A stretch of 64,000 nt of DNA from Verrucomicrobiota bacterium (lineage in GTDB: Bacteria > Verrucomicrobiota > Verrucomicrobiia > Limisphaerales > JADLHS01): assembly GCA_039806955.1 (NCBI GenBank), contig JBDHQI010000009.1:65517-129516 (forward strand). The letters are read 5' to 3'. Positions 47,203 to 57,913 of this stretch are shown in pieces (position 1 is the stretch's first letter; every line of letters starts with the position of its first letter). The notes under the pieces were generated by a model, which was not told the origin of the DNA, did not search any database, and saw nothing but the letters and a program-made list of their open reading frames with translations. The translations under genes were made by a program, and so were the position numbers.

Positions 47203-48303
47203 TTATATTTTCGGCGCGGTGTAATCCAAGCCATGCGCGGCAGCCACGGCCCGGTGGGTGACTTTTCCGTTCATCACGTTGATGCCGCCGAGCAGCGCAG
47301 GTTGACGTTGGATGACGTCGCTCAGTTTGTTTCCGGCGAGCGTGGTCAAAAAGCGGAACGTGGCATTGGTCAAAGCCTGGGTCGCGGTGCGCGCGTAGGC
47401 TCCGGGCATGTTGGCCACGCAGTAATGGGTCACCCCTTCCTCGACAAACGTCGGGTGATCGTGCGTGGTGGGATGCGAGGTTTCCACACATCCGCCCTGA
47501 TCAATCGCAATGTCCACCAACGCGCTGCCGGGGCGCATGGATTTAAGCATTTCCCGGGTCACCAGCTTCGGCGCGCGCGCACCAGGAACGAGCACCGCGC
47601 CGATGAGCAAATCCACCTGCGGCAACAATTCCATAAGGTGAGTTTCATTGGAATAAAACGTGTGAACCGAAGGCAGCGTGAGATCGAGAAAGCGCATGCG
47701 TTCCAAATCCACCTCCAGGATGGTCACATCGGCGCCGAGTCCCAGAGCCATGCGCGCGGCATTCAGCCCCGAAGTGCCGCCGCCCAGCACCGCAACTTTG
47801 CCGGGCAACACACCCGGCACCCCGCCGAGCAACACGCCGCTGCCACCAAGGTGTTTGGCCAGAAAATAGCTGCCGACTTGAAGACTCATGCGTCCGGCGA
47901 TCTCGCTCATCGGCTCGAGCAACGGCAGGCGATGATTCACCTCGATGGTTTCGTAAGCGATGCAGGTGGCCCCGGACTGGAGCAACGCTTCCGTGAGCGG
48001 CTGACTGGCGGCGAGATGCAGGTAGGTGAATAAAATCTGGCCGGAGCGCAGCAACCCGTACTCGGATGGCAACGGTTCTTTGACCTTGACGATCAAATCC
48101 GCCCGGGCAAAGACGGCTTCGTGCGTGTCTATGAGCCGGGCTCCGGCGCGTTCGTATTCGGCGTCGGCATAACCGGAGCCCACGCCCGCGCCGCGCTCGA
48201 CGAGAACGGTATGGCCGTGTTTGGTGAGTTGATACGCCCCGCTGGGCACGAGGGCCACGCGGTATTCTTGAGTTTTAATTTCTTTGGGTACGCCAATGAT
48301 CAT
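47203..48303 (-). CDS. ald: Alanine dehydrogenase
   Basis: [22 protein letters not shown]..., NAD-binding [14 protein letters not shown]. Full length of 366 aa is typical of Ald. Confidence 0.9.
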   Translation of the reverse strand: MIIGVPKEIKTQEYRVALVPSGAYQLTKHGHTVLVERGAGVGSGYADAEYERAGARLIDTHEAVFARADLIVKVKEPLPSEYGLLRSGQILFTYLHLAASQPLTEALLQSGATCIAYETIEVNHRLPLLEPMSEIAGRMSLQVGSYFLAKHLGGSGVLLGGVPGVLPGKVAVLGGGTSGLNAARMALGLGADVTILEVDLERMRFLDLTLPSVHTFYSNETHLMELLPQVDLLIGAVLVPGARAPKLVTREMLKSMRPGSALVDIAIDQGGCVETSHPTTHDHPTFVEEGVTHYCVANMPGAYARTATQALTNATFRFLTTLAGNKLSDVIQRQPALLGGINVMNGKVTHRAVAAAHGLDYTAPKI

Positions 48304-50159
48304 AAGGGAAAATCTTGCTCCTCGGTTTCCAGCGCGGCCACAGTCGGGGCGGTGGAGGGAGGATTTGTGGTCGCCAACGTCGGCGCGTTTGTTTCCACAG
48401 GCGATACCGCGTCGGTAGAAGCAGCGGGAACGTCCACTTCGATTTCAGATGCGCTTGTCAGACGGCTGGCGAGCGGTGGTGCCAGCTCGGATTTTGGAGC
48501 GGCTTCCGTCGCCACAGCGGATTCCACATTGATGGCCGCATGGGTTGAACGGGCGCCGTTCAGCGCCAAGCGCGCTTGGGCGCGATCCACCAGATCGCGC
48601 ATGGAAACGGCGGTGGCGGCGTGTTCTTCAGCCGCTTGAATGCGCGCGAATTCACCCAGCACCTCCAGCCGCACCGGTTCATCGCGGGTGGCGGGCTCCT
48701 GACCGTGCGCGGCGCGCATGGCGTAAAGGACCTGGTGGCAGTTGATGGTTTCCAAGGGGCGCGCCGGTGAATAGCCCACTTCGCTGCCGCCGACTTCCAC
48801 CACCAGTTGCGACGCGAGCAGCGTGTGCATGATCTGTTGCACCAGTTTGCTCGGGATGCCGAGTTCGCTGGTGATCTGCCGCACAGTGGCCGGCGGCAAA
48901 CCGCGTTGGAACCGTTGCCCGATGCAGGTCATCAAGCGCAGCGCGACAAATTCACGCCCGCGTTGATTCACGTTTTCCGCCAGCCGATCCTGCAAATAGG
49001 AGGCGCGATTCTGAAAGGCGTAGGCCACCTGCGCACCGAACAGCACGGTCAACCAACTGATGTAAAGGCCGCCCATGAATAGCGGCACGATCGCGAGTCC
49101 ACCGTAAATCTTGTTGGCGTTCACCCAGCGCGACGCCAGTAAAAAACCGAGGTGATTGTAAAAATGCCAGGCCACCCCCGCGAGCGCGCCCCCGACCAGC
49201 GCGGCACTGAAGTTGACGCGCGTGTTGGGAACGAGTTTGTAGAACAGCGCGAACGTGAAAGCGATGATGATCACTGGCAGCAGACTGGTGATTAGCGGCT
49301 CCAGAAACGGAATGATGGTGATTAAATCCCGCGTGCGCTGAAAGTTGGGCTGGTTCATCAATCCCAACGCGAGAATCAACAGCGTCGGTCCAAAGCCAAT
49401 GGTGAAGCTGTAGTTGGTGATGCGCGACCACCAATCGCGCCCGTGCGTCACGCCCCAAATGTCGTTAAACACCTCCTCCACCCGCGCGAGGGTCAAAATG
49501 GCGGTCACGATCAAAAAGAACATGCCCGTAAAACCGAGCGTGGCGCTGGAACTTTTTTTGGCGAAGCCGTAGATAAAGTTGGCGACCTGTTCCGCCACGC
49601 TTTCCTTGGCGTGCGTCAGCTCGGTACTCTCGTTGGGGCTGGACAACCGAGCGTTGGCGGGAGGGGCTTCAGAAACGGCAAGGGAATCATCCGGTGCGAT
49701 CAAGAGCGGACCGTCTTGCCGGGCGCGCAGTTCATCCACTCCAAACTGAATGCGATCCAAACCGCTGGTGAGGTTGGAAATCGGGTCGAGCTGTTGGTCC
49801 GGACTCAAGGCCAAGGAAACGACCGGCGGCTGATTCGTGCCGGTGGGAGCGGGGACGATACGTTCGACCATCTGGGCGATGAACGCGCGGATTTGGGCTT
49901 CGCCCTTGGATTCGAGAATGGCATTGGCGACGCCCAGCACCACGGTGAGGATGGGAATCATCGCCACCATGGTGGTGAAAGACAAAGCCGAGGCACGAAT
50001 CGGACAGCGGTTGCGGACAAAACTGCTGCCCACCAGCGTCCAGAAATGGAAGAACCGCTCGAACTTGCTCAACCCACCCTCGAACAAAAAATCGTCTTCC
50101 TTCGAAGGGTCAAAGGAACTGGAGGCGATTTGCGCGAGACGTTGGAACCATTTCTTCAT
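48300..50159 (-). CDS. YihY/BrkB-family membrane protein with a long loop insertion and a C-terminal winged-helix-like extension
   Basis: FVRNRCPIRASALSFTTMVAMIPIL is the YihY N-terminal signature. At 619 aa it is much longer than usual. The stop overlaps the ald start (ATGA). Confidence 0.7.
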   Translation of the reverse strand: MKKWFQRLAQIASSSFDPSKEDDFLFEGGLSKFERFFHFWTLVGSSFVRNRCPIRASALSFTTMVAMIPILTVVLGVANAILESKGEAQIRAFIAQMVERIVPAPTGTNQPPVVSLALSPDQQLDPISNLTSGLDRIQFGVDELRARQDGPLLIAPDDSLAVSEAPPANARLSSPNESTELTHAKESVAEQVANFIYGFAKKSSSATLGFTGMFFLIVTAILTLARVEEVFNDIWGVTHGRDWWSRITNYSFTIGFGPTLLILALGLMNQPNFQRTRDLITIIPFLEPLITSLLPVIIIAFTFALFYKLVPNTRVNFSAALVGGALAGVAWHFYNHLGFLLASRWVNANKIYGGLAIVPLFMGGLYISWLTVLFGAQVAYAFQNRASYLQDRLAENVNQRGREFVALRLMTCIGQRFQRGLPPATVRQITSELGIPSKLVQQIMHTLLASQLVVEVGGSEVGYSPARPLETINCHQVLYAMRAAHGQEPATRDEPVRLEVLGEFARIQAAEEHAATAVSMRDLVDRAQARLALNGARSTHAAINVESAVATEAAPKSELAPPLASRLTSASEIEVDVPAASTDAVSPVETNAPTLATTNPPSTAPTVAALETEEQDFPL

Positions 50160-50364
50160 TGTTCGACCGAAATCACGCTAACAAAGCGCCCCCTCAAGTC
50201 AATCGGCGCGACGACTTTTGTACGATTTGGCTGGTAACGCAACGAGGCGCAATCGGTCTTACGTCGAACGCGGGATTCCCGGTGTGATTGACTTTTCAGG
50301 AGGCTGATGCTAACCCGACACGGCGAATAAAGTGAAACTGCGAGCGTCGAACAACAGTTGAGTT

Positions 50365-51057
50365 ATGAAGAAATTCGTAATCATCCTCCTGAGTGGAATA
50401 GGGCTCATCCCGATGCGGGCGCAATGGTTGCATCCGGAGGCCGTGCAAGGCGCGTTTCTGGGCGGGTTGATCGGCGGCATCGCCGGCGGTCACCATCATG
50501 CGTTTTCGGGTCGGGACGCCGCGCTCGGCGCCGGCGTGGGGCTTTTGGCTGGCACCCTGATTGGAGAAGCCAACCGCTCGCGTTACGATTACGGAACGAC
50601 GTTCTATGCGGACCCAACGCTGAGTCTCAATTTTGGCTATGGTTACTATCACCGGGGCCGCTCGGTATATGTCGGTTATACGCCGGGTTGGTATCATGCG
50701 CCGCGCACCGACTACCGCGCCATGCGCCCCAACTACGCCGTGAGCGGAACGATGTTCGGCGCCGCTTCGGGAGCGTTGATTGGGGCAGCCAACCATCACG
50801 CGGGCCAAGGCGCAATCATCGGCGCCGCGGCGGGATTGGTGGCCGGTGGTGTGGCGGAAGCGGCGGCAATTAAACGCGAGCGCGCCGAAGCGCAGAACGC
50901 AAATCTCCGGGTTGAAACGACTGCAACCGTTGCCCGCCAGCCGGAAGGAGCGAGCCACCCCATCACTTCGCAACCAAGCTGCACTTCAACGTATTATTGG
51001 ACGCCGCGCCCGCAGATCGCGGATGCGCCGAGTGTACCAAACGCGCCGACCTTTTGA
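50365..51057 (+). CDS. Secreted glycine-zipper protein
   Basis: Signal peptide MKKFVIILLSGIGLIPMRAQ. GGLIGGIAGG and GALIGAANHHAGQGAIIGAAAGLVAGGVA glycine-zipper segments. Confidence 0.6.
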   Translation: MKKFVIILLSGIGLIPMRAQWLHPEAVQGAFLGGLIGGIAGGHHHAFSGRDAALGAGVGLLAGTLIGEANRSRYDYGTTFYADPTLSLNFGYGYYHRGRSVYVGYTPGWYHAPRTDYRAMRPNYAVSGTMFGAASGALIGAANHHAGQGAIIGAAAGLVAGGVAEAAAIKRERAEAQNANLRVETTATVARQPEGASHPITSQPSCTSTYYWTPRPQIADAPSVPNAPTF

Positions 51058-51171
51058 GCTCCCAACGAATGCTTGAAAAGATCGCCACGAGAGTTGGCTT
51101 GTTTCCGATTGGCGTCCGTGTTCCCCTGAGCGAGTTGGGTGTGAAATTCGATTATTAAGCAATTATCAAAT

Positions 51172-51795
51172 ATGAAAACCATTGGTCGTAAAATTACCGG
51201 TCTGGCTTTAATTGCGTTGGTCGCGGGTTGCGCCTCGCGCGGCGTCAAGAATCCTTCGGGCGTCCCGGTCACACGCATGAACGCGGATGAGCAGGGATTT
51301 GTCGCGGGCACTGGCGTTGAATCGCAGGATTTGGTGGCGGTGACCGATAAGATGGCGCGCAGCATCTTGGGCATTCAATCCATCGCCACCGCCGCGGCGC
51401 CGCCCATCATCGTGCTCGATCCAGTGGAGAACAAAACCCGTTTCCCCATCAACAAGGACATCTTTCTCACCCGCATCCGCACCGAACTGATTAAAAAGGC
51501 CGGCGGCAAGGTGACGTTCCTCGCCCGGGATCGGATGGCGGCGCTGGAGAAGGAACGCAACCTGAAACGCGAAGGCGCCGTGACGGCGTCGAGCAATCCC
51601 CAGGCGCAGGAATTTGCCGGCGCGGACTATTTCCTGACGGGCACACTGGAAGGCATGTCCACCCGCACCTCGGCGGGAACGAGTGATTACATCCTGTACA
51701 CCTTCCAACTCATCAACGCCCGCACCAGCGCCATCGTTTGGGAAGACAACGCGGAAATTAAGAAGCAGGGCTTGGAAGACGCGGCATATCGGTGA
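51172..51795 (+). CDS. LpoB-like lipoprotein (COG3417-type)
   Basis: Lipobox LVAGC. The layout ...PIIVLDPVENKTRFPINKDIFLTRIRTELIKKAGGKVTFLAR...ADYFLTGTLEGM...YTFQLINARTSAIVWE parallels E. coli LpoB (VLLVDSVNNRT...FTLV...AHYVLYS...LMLVQTGEIIWS). Confidence 0.55.
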   Translation: MKTIGRKITGLALIALVAGCASRGVKNPSGVPVTRMNADEQGFVAGTGVESQDLVAVTDKMARSILGIQSIATAAAPPIIVLDPVENKTRFPINKDIFLTRIRTELIKKAGGKVTFLARDRMAALEKERNLKREGAVTASSNPQAQEFAGADYFLTGTLEGMSTRTSAGTSDYILYTFQLINARTSAIVWEDNAEIKKQGLEDAAYR

Positions 51796-51918
51796 AAAAC
51801 CACGGCGAATTATCGAAGACGATTTAGGCTCGTTTTTAAAGTACAAGCAACCGGGAGAAACGCTGACCGTATTTGATCATGCGAGTACTTTATCGAAGTA
51901 GCGCAATGTTGTAGGTCA

Positions 51919-53097
51919 ATGAAACCACTCGTTTCAGGGTTGTTGCTTGTTAGCCTCCTTTTTTTCGCTGGCTGTGCTACGACCCAAACGCCTCAAATTC
52001 CCCTGACTGGCGACATCCTCGTGGACGGGCCGCGGATGATTGCGGAAGGCCCGGCGCGCGATCAGGTGCTTTGGCAGTATCGCACGGCGGCAGCCGCACT
52101 GCGGCGCGGGCAATTCGAGGCCGCCAAACCTTTGCTGGATGCAGCGTTGGCGCGCCTGCAAGGCGTGTACGGCCCTGACTCCGAGGCGCGAAAATCACGC
52201 GGTATGTTCCAACGCGAATCGCACAAGACCTTCATCGGCGAACCGTACGAGCGCAGCATGGCGTATCTGTATCGCGGCATGATTTACTGGCGCGATGGGG
52301 AACTGGACAACGCCCGCGCCTGTTTTCGCAGCGCCGAGTTCGAGGACAGCGATGCTGAAAACCAGGAATACCAGGGCGACTGGGTGTTGCCGGATTACCT
52401 CGATGGTCTGGCCACGGTGAAATTGGGCGGCGACGGGCGTGATGCTTTGCAACGAGCCCGCGCCAACGCCAAGAACATCACCCTGCCCGATTACCAGCCG
52501 CAGGCGAACGTCTTGTGTTTTGTGGAATACGGCCCCGGACCGGAGAAATATCGCGCCGGAAGTTACGGTGAGGAATTGCGTTTCCGCGCGCGCCGATCAG
52601 AAATTTTTTCCGCCACGATAAAAACCGGCGCGATCGTCAAATCCGTGGCGCCCTGCGATGATTTGAATTTCCAAGCGACCACGCGCGGCGGGCGGCTCAT
52701 GGATCACGTTCTGGCCAATAAAGCCGTGTTCAAAGGCACCACGGATTCCGCTGGCGACATGGCTTTGTTTGGTGGACTGGCAACGGCCACGGTGAGTCGG
52801 GATCGCACCGTGCAAAGCGTCGGTCTGGGAGTGGCCCTGGCGGGTTTGATCGCCAAAGGCATTTCCTCAGCCGCCACGCCCGAGGCGGATATCCGTCAAT
52901 GGAACAACCTGCCGCAATTCATCAGTTTCGCCTCGTTGAAATTAACGCCCGGCAACCATGTGCTGACGGTGGAATTCAATAACGCCGGCCGCGCTTCTCT
53001 TTCGTCCTTAACCAAAACCATCAACGTGAACGTGCGCGCGGATCGAGACACGGTCGTCTATGTCAGCGACAGTTCCACAACTCCCGAAAATCAATGA
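51919..53097 (+). CDS. Hypothetical lipoprotein (TPR-like N-terminal region)
   Basis: Lipobox FFAGC. 392 aa with no family recognised. The stop overlaps the next start (ATGA at 53094..53097). Confidence 0.5.
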   Translation: MKPLVSGLLLVSLLFFAGCATTQTPQIPLTGDILVDGPRMIAEGPARDQVLWQYRTAAAALRRGQFEAAKPLLDAALARLQGVYGPDSEARKSRGMFQRESHKTFIGEPYERSMAYLYRGMIYWRDGELDNARACFRSAEFEDSDAENQEYQGDWVLPDYLDGLATVKLGGDGRDALQRARANAKNITLPDYQPQANVLCFVEYGPGPEKYRAGSYGEELRFRARRSEIFSATIKTGAIVKSVAPCDDLNFQATTRGGRLMDHVLANKAVFKGTTDSAGDMALFGGLATATVSRDRTVQSVGLGVALAGLIAKGISSAATPEADIRQWNNLPQFISFASLKLTPGNHVLTVEFNNAGRASLSSLTKTINVNVRADRDTVVYVSDSSTTPENQ

Positions 53098-53513
53098 ACG
53101 CAAAACATCTCCTTTTGATTCCACTGCTCGGCGCGATGCTGGCCACTGGTTGTCGCACCCATGATCGCGGCCCGTATCTGCCCGAGAACTCGAAGCGAGC
53201 CGCTTACGAAGACACTGAGCGCTTTGTGTTGCTCGATCCCGGCACGCAATACTCCGTCACCTGCTCCGGCATCAACGAACGCACGCTGGAGGACGGTCGC
53301 TTGGAAATCACGACGCTGCTACGTAACCGCGAGAATCGGCGCATCGAGATCCAGGCCAACTGCGTTTTCAAAGATGGCAACATGATGCCGATTGACGATG
53401 AAACTCCGTTTCAAGCCGTCATTTTGACGGAGAACGCCACGGAAGCGGTGAAGTTCACGTCCATGAATAATCGCGCGAAAAAGTACACCGTTCGCGTGCG
53501 CCAGGCACGTTAA
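53094..53513 (+). CDS. YcfL-like (DUF1425) small lipoprotein
   Basis: Lipobox LATGC. The size and the C-terminal beta-sandwich pattern (IEIQANCVFKDGNMMPIDDETPFQAVILTENATEAVKF...YTVRVRQ) resemble YcfL, which neighbours lpoB in E. coli. Confidence 0.45.
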   Translation: MNAKHLLLIPLLGAMLATGCRTHDRGPYLPENSKRAAYEDTERFVLLDPGTQYSVTCSGINERTLEDGRLEITTLLRNRENRRIEIQANCVFKDGNMMPIDDETPFQAVILTENATEAVKFTSMNNRAKKYTVRVRQAR

Positions 53514-53534
53514 GCTGAAGTCGCCTGCCCCGAC

Positions 53535-54137
53535 TCACGCGTCGAGTTGGGGCGATTGGATTTCACCCCACAACTCCCGCAAGTCGTCATCGGCCAGCGC
53601 CATGGCGTGAATTGGTTGTGTACCGCCGATCTCGCAGGCGCGCCACAACCAGCGCCGCGCGGCGGGCAGATTGCCCAACCGGCACTCGTAACACGCCAGG
53701 TTGAAGGCGATGGTGGCCTCGCGCGGAAATTTTTTTGCTGCCGGGATCAGAAAATCGCGCGCGGGTTCGATGCCGCCGCCGGTTTTGCGGCGCAGGGCGT
53801 ACGCACAATGCAACCAACCCGCCGGTTCATCCGGCAGCGCGCGCACCAGTTGCTCGGCACATTGAAAGGCCGCGTCCCAATCCCGGTCCGCTGCCGCCAG
53901 GACGAAGCGCAAACTCAACACGGCCGGATGCGTTTGATTTTCCGGACTGATCGCCGCCAGTTCCATTCGCGCTTCCGTGGGATTGCCCAGTTCCAGCCAA
54001 CCACACGCCGCGCTAACGTAATGTGCATCCGGATTTTCCAACGGTTTCACGCGCCGAACATAGGCACGCGGCGGCGCTTCGGCAATGCCCTTTGATTTGA
54101 CCTTGAGCGCGCGGACTGGTAGAACGCCGGACGACAA
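53535..54137 (-). CDS. TPR-repeat protein
   Basis: Repeated A..W...A.....G....A helical-pair pattern ([15 protein letters not shown]..., [21 protein letters not shown]...). Start uncertain. Confidence 0.5.
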   Translation of the reverse strand: MSSGVLPVRALKVKSKGIAEAPPRAYVRRVKPLENPDAHYVSAACGWLELGNPTEARMELAAISPENQTHPAVLSLRFVLAAADRDWDAAFQCAEQLVRALPDEPAGWLHCAYALRRKTGGGIEPARDFLIPAAKKFPREATIAFNLACYECRLGNLPAARRWLWRACEIGGTQPIHAMALADDDLRELWGEIQSPQLDA

Positions 54138-54160
54138 AAACGTCGCCGCCGCATCGTATT

Positions 54161-54886
54161 ATGAAAACCAGCGCCCAACCCAGATATCGTCGCATCCTCC
54201 TTAAACTCAGCGGTGAAGCGCTGGGTGGCGAGGCGGGATTTGGCATCAACGCGCGCGAAATTCAGAGTATGGCGGAACAGGTGCGCGAGGTGCGCGACCT
54301 GGGCGTGGAAGTCGTTGTGGTACTCGGCGGGGGGAACATCTTCCGCGGTTTGGCGGGGAGCGAGAAGGGCATTGAGCGCGCCACCGGCGATTACATGGGC
54401 ATGTTGGCCACCATCATCAACTCGCTCGCTTTGCAGGATGCGCTCGAAAAAATCGGGGTGGCCACGCGGGTGCAAACGGCCATCGCCATGCCGCAGGTGG
54501 CGGAAACCTTCATCCGCCGCCGCGCCGTGCGGCATCTGGAAAAAGGCCGCGTGGTCATTTTTGGCGGCGGTACGGGCAACCCCTACTTCTCCACCGACAC
54601 CGCCGCGGCCCTGCGCGCGACGGAAATCGGCGCGGAAGTCATCTTGAAAGCCACCAAGGTGGATGGCATCTACGAGAGCGACCCCAAAAAAGATCCGGCC
54701 GCCCGACGCTACCCGCAGATCACTTACCTGGAATGTTTGCAGAAACAGCTCAAGGTGATGGACGCCACCGCCTTCTCGCTTTGCATGGACAACAAAATGC
54801 CCATCATCGTCTTCGATTTTTTCAAACCGCACAACCTGAAGCGCGTGGTGCTGGGCGAGTCCGTCGGCACGGTGGTGACGGGATGA
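54161..54886 (+). CDS. pyrH: UMP kinase
   Basis: [13 protein letters not shown]...[12 protein letters not shown]...[15 protein letters not shown]...[13 protein letters not shown]: full-length match to the PyrH pattern. Confidence 0.95.
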   Translation: MKTSAQPRYRRILLKLSGEALGGEAGFGINAREIQSMAEQVREVRDLGVEVVVVLGGGNIFRGLAGSEKGIERATGDYMGMLATIINSLALQDALEKIGVATRVQTAIAMPQVAETFIRRRAVRHLEKGRVVIFGGGTGNPYFSTDTAAALRATEIGAEVILKATKVDGIYESDPKKDPAARRYPQITYLECLQKQLKVMDATAFSLCMDNKMPIIVFDFFKPHNLKRVVLGESVGTVVTG

Positions 54887-54905
54887 TCCGATCGGAACAA
54901 GCCGC

Positions 54906-55760
54906 ATGCCGGAGCTGCCCGAAGTTGAAGTCCTGGTGCGTCATCTGCGTCCGCTGTTGCGCGGCAAACGGATCCGCGCCGTCACCGTCCACCGGAAGAA
55001 AGTCATCCGACCGGACACCCCGCGGCGGTTGCGACGCGTGTTGACCGGGGCCACCTTTCAGGGCGTGCAGCGGCGCGGCAAGTATCTGCTGTTTCAATTG
55101 CAACGAAGGGGCAGCCACCCTCCGGTGCTGCTGACCGGCCACCTGGGCATGAGCGGGCGGATGTTTTTGACCCGCAACCCGGCCCCGTTGCCCAAACACG
55201 CCGCCGTCGTGCTGGATTTGGGCCGTGAACGGTTCATTTACGAGGACCCACGCTACTTTGGCCGCCTCAGCTTGAAGGTGGAGGCGGTCAAGCGGCTCGG
55301 TCCGGAACCCCTGAGCCGCAAGTTTACGCCGGCAGTCTTTGCCGCCGCCCTGACGGACTCCCGGCGCGCCATCAAGGTTTGTTTGTTGGATCAGAACCTT
55401 GTGGCCGGCATCGGCAACATCTATGCCAGCGAAGCATTGCACCGGGCCCGCATCAACCCATGCTGCCCGGCGGGCGGATTGACAGTCCGGCAGCGGCACA
55501 CGCTCTGGCGCGCCATGCGGGCGGTGTTGACGGAGGCCATCCGCTTCGGCAGCACGGTGCCGCTGCACCACGGACCGGGCGGGCGAAGCCAGGGCCGGTT
55601 GTTTTACTACGGGCTGCGGACGGAAACGCCCCGGTATTACCGGGAATGCCTGCAGGTTTACGACCGGGCGGGGCAGCCCTGCCGCCGCTGTCGCACCCCC
55701 ATTGAACGCCTGGTTCAGGCGGGGCGCAGCACTTTTTATTGCCCGCAATGCCAGCGGTGA
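54906..55760 (+). CDS. mutM: Formamidopyrimidine-DNA glycosylase (Fpg/MutM)
   Basis: N-terminal MPELPEVE catalytic Pro, H2TH region, C-terminal zinc finger CRRCRTPIERLVQAGRSTFYCPQCQ. Confidence 0.9.
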   Translation: MPELPEVEVLVRHLRPLLRGKRIRAVTVHRKKVIRPDTPRRLRRVLTGATFQGVQRRGKYLLFQLQRRGSHPPVLLTGHLGMSGRMFLTRNPAPLPKHAAVVLDLGRERFIYEDPRYFGRLSLKVEAVKRLGPEPLSRKFTPAVFAAALTDSRRAIKVCLLDQNLVAGIGNIYASEALHRARINPCCPAGGLTVRQRHTLWRAMRAVLTEAIRFGSTVPLHHGPGGRSQGRLFYYGLRTETPRYYRECLQVYDRAGQPCRRCRTPIERLVQAGRSTFYCPQCQR

Positions 55761-55957
55761 ATTGCCCGGATTTTTCAGTGTAAATTTACGCTTGAAGTTA
55801 GCCGTTGTTTTGCCAAAGTCAGCCCGTCTGATAGATAGCTTGTCGCTGCCACGACATGGTGAATCTTCAAGTGAACTTGGTTCAGTGATGATTTGAAACC
55901 CGGCGGTCGGGAACAGTGTGGAGTAAGCAGAGTTGGTCTCGGACAGTTAAACATCAC

Positions 55958-56290
55958 ATGAGCACAAAGTTGTTTGTAGGAAATCTTTCCTTCAAAACCA
56001 CTGAAAACGACCTTCAAGACGCCTTTGCCGCCTTCGGCGGCGTCGTGGAGGCCAACATCATGATGGACCGCATGACGGGCCGCCCTCGCGGGTTCGCGTT
56101 CGTCACGATGGCGAGTCAGGAAGAAGCCGAAAAAGCAATCGAAGGATTACACGGAAAGGAAATTGATGGTCGGGCATTGACCGTCAATATTGCGCGTCCA
56201 CGCGAAGAACGTCCGGCGGGCGGCGGCGGGCGCGGACCGCGCCGGGACTTCGGCGGCCGGGGCGATCGCGGCGATCGGGGCGGACGTTAA
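55958..56290 (+). CDS. RRM-type RNA-binding protein with an RGG-rich tail
   Basis: MSTKLFVGNLSF (RNP2) and RGFAFVTM (RNP1). C-terminal GGGGRGPRRDFGGRGDRGDRGGR. Confidence 0.9.
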   Translation: MSTKLFVGNLSFKTTENDLQDAFAAFGGVVEANIMMDRMTGRPRGFAFVTMASQEEAEKAIEGLHGKEIDGRALTVNIARPREERPAGGGGRGPRRDFGGRGDRGDRGGR

Positions 56291-56318
56291 TCATTACGCC
56301 GCTGGGATTTTTTCAGGC

Positions 56319-56348
56319 GGGATCCAGTGAAAGCTGGGTCCCGTTTTT
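56319..56348 (+). terminator. Rho-independent terminator of the RRM gene
   Basis: 9-bp stem gggatccag / ctgggtccc (one G-U pair), 6-nt loop, then g-ttttt. Confidence 0.7.
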
Positions 56349-56463
56349 CTGTTCACCACCATCTCCGTCACCCCGCCGCAACGCACCATTGAACCTCGTG
56401 ATATGAGCGACCTGCCGTCCTCCAGAGATTGACCGCAACTGAAAATCTTCCGATGCTCTTCCC

Positions 56464-57693
56464 GTGTTGAATCCGACTCCGCTTCAAACCTACCTGGAAA
56501 CCCAACTGCCCGACGCGCTCGAATTGCTGCGGCGAATGGTGGCCATCAACAGCTTCACTCTGAATCGTGAAGGCGTGAATCGCTTGGCGCGGTTCACGGC
56601 GGAATGTTTCGCCCCCTTGGGGTTTACGGCTGAATATGTCAATCCCACCAATCCGCAGTATGGACAGCATCTGGTATTGACGCGTCCCGGCAACGGAAAG
56701 CAAAGCATCATGATGGTGTCACATCTGGACACCGTGTTTCCGCCGGGGGAAGAAATGCGCAATAATTTTCATTGGTCGGTGGAAGGAGACCGCATTTTTG
56801 GTCCGGGCACCAACGATATCAAGGGCGGCACCATGATGATGTGTCTGGTGCTAAAGGCGCTCCAGGCGCAGGCTCGGGAACTTTTCGAGCGAGTAACCTG
56901 GAAACTGTTCCTCAATTCAGCCGAGGAAATGTTCTCGCCGGACTTTGGAACGGTGTGCCGGGAGCGACTGGATAAAAACACCCTGGCCGCACTGATTTTT
57001 GAGGCGGAGGGACGGTTGGGGCAGGATCGGTTGGTGGTGCTGGCACGCAAAGGTCGTGCAACGTGGCGGGTAACGGTCACCGGACGCGGCGCGCACGCCG
57101 GGGGCAAACATCCGCACGGTTGTAACGCCATTGTGCAACTCGGCCAACTGCTGCCGCGCCTCGCGGCCATCACGGACTATTCGCGTGAACTGACCGTCAA
57201 CGTGGCCACTGTAACCGGCGGCACGGTGCTGAATCGGGTGCCGCATGAAGCGGTGATCGAGGGCGAATTGCGCGCCTTCGATGCGACGACCTACCAACAC
57301 GGCGTCAATCAACTACTCGCGCTGGCTGGGCCAGGCGAAGTCAGCAGTCCTGCGGATGGTTTCCGCAGTCAGATCCAAGTGGAAATCCTCACCGAAGCAC
57401 GTCCCTGGCCGCGCAATGCCGACACGGACCGGTTGGGCGAGATTTGGATGCAAGCCGGACGCGAGTTAAACCTTCCCGTCAGCGGTCATCAACGCGGCGG
57501 ATTGAGTGACGGCAACCAGATTTGGGATGTTGTCCCCACGCTGGATGGGCTTGGCCCCTGGGGCGATGGGGATCACTGTTCCGAACGCAGCGCGGACGGC
57601 TCAAAATTGCCCGAATTCGTGGAAATCAGTGGCATCATTCCGAAGGCTTTGCTGAATGTGACGGCAATTTCCAAGCTGATCGCCAACGCGTAA
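56464..57693 (+). CDS. M20/M25/M40-family metallopeptidase (carboxypeptidase G2/ArgE-like)
   Basis: MVSHLDTVFP, GPGTNDIKGG, later FEAEG and H.. metal-ligand context. 409 aa. Confidence 0.8.
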   Translation: MLNPTPLQTYLETQLPDALELLRRMVAINSFTLNREGVNRLARFTAECFAPLGFTAEYVNPTNPQYGQHLVLTRPGNGKQSIMMVSHLDTVFPPGEEMRNNFHWSVEGDRIFGPGTNDIKGGTMMMCLVLKALQAQARELFERVTWKLFLNSAEEMFSPDFGTVCRERLDKNTLAALIFEAEGRLGQDRLVVLARKGRATWRVTVTGRGAHAGGKHPHGCNAIVQLGQLLPRLAAITDYSRELTVNVATVTGGTVLNRVPHEAVIEGELRAFDATTYQHGVNQLLALAGPGEVSSPADGFRSQIQVEILTEARPWPRNADTDRLGEIWMQAGRELNLPVSGHQRGGLSDGNQIWDVVPTLDGLGPWGDGDHCSERSADGSKLPEFVEISGIIPKALLNVTAISKLIANA

Positions 57694-57778
57694 CTCCGGC
57701 CGATCCACAATCACTGCTTGTGCAGGCGTCAGCGGATTGCGTTCCGGGAGATCCCCGGAAAAATCCTTGGCACTTCCG

Positions 57779-57810
57779 CCTTGCAAACCTCCTTGAGACT
57801 CCATGCAAGG
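57779..57810 (+). promoter_or_regulatory. Inverted repeat, candidate enhancer-binding-protein site (UAS)
   Basis: CCTTGCA-N18-TGCAAGG about 55-85 nt upstream of the -24 element. A third CCTTGCA lies at 57837..57843. Confidence 0.4.
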
Positions 57811-57863
57811 CAACCTTGGGTAGAACCAGGACACCTCCTTGCACTGAGGCCCATAAAACGGCT

Positions 57864-57878
57864 TGGCACGGACGTTGC
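57864..57878 (+). promoter_or_regulatory. Sigma-54 (-24/-12) promoter
   Basis: TGGCAC-GGACG-TTGC is an exact match to TGGCAC-N5-TTGC. It lies 35 nt upstream of the ATG at 57914, with GGAGG at 57905..57909. Confidence 0.7.
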
Positions 57879-57913
57879 GAGGATATGGACGCAACGAACA
57901 TTCGGAGGCGTAT

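Noticed and set aside
57768-57784. A second sigma-54-like sequence, TGGCAC-N7-TTGC, at 57768; also TGGCAC-N5-TTAG at 13728..13742.
   Set aside because: The first has the wrong spacing (7 instead of 5). The second lacks the -12 GC and has no downstream plus-strand gene.
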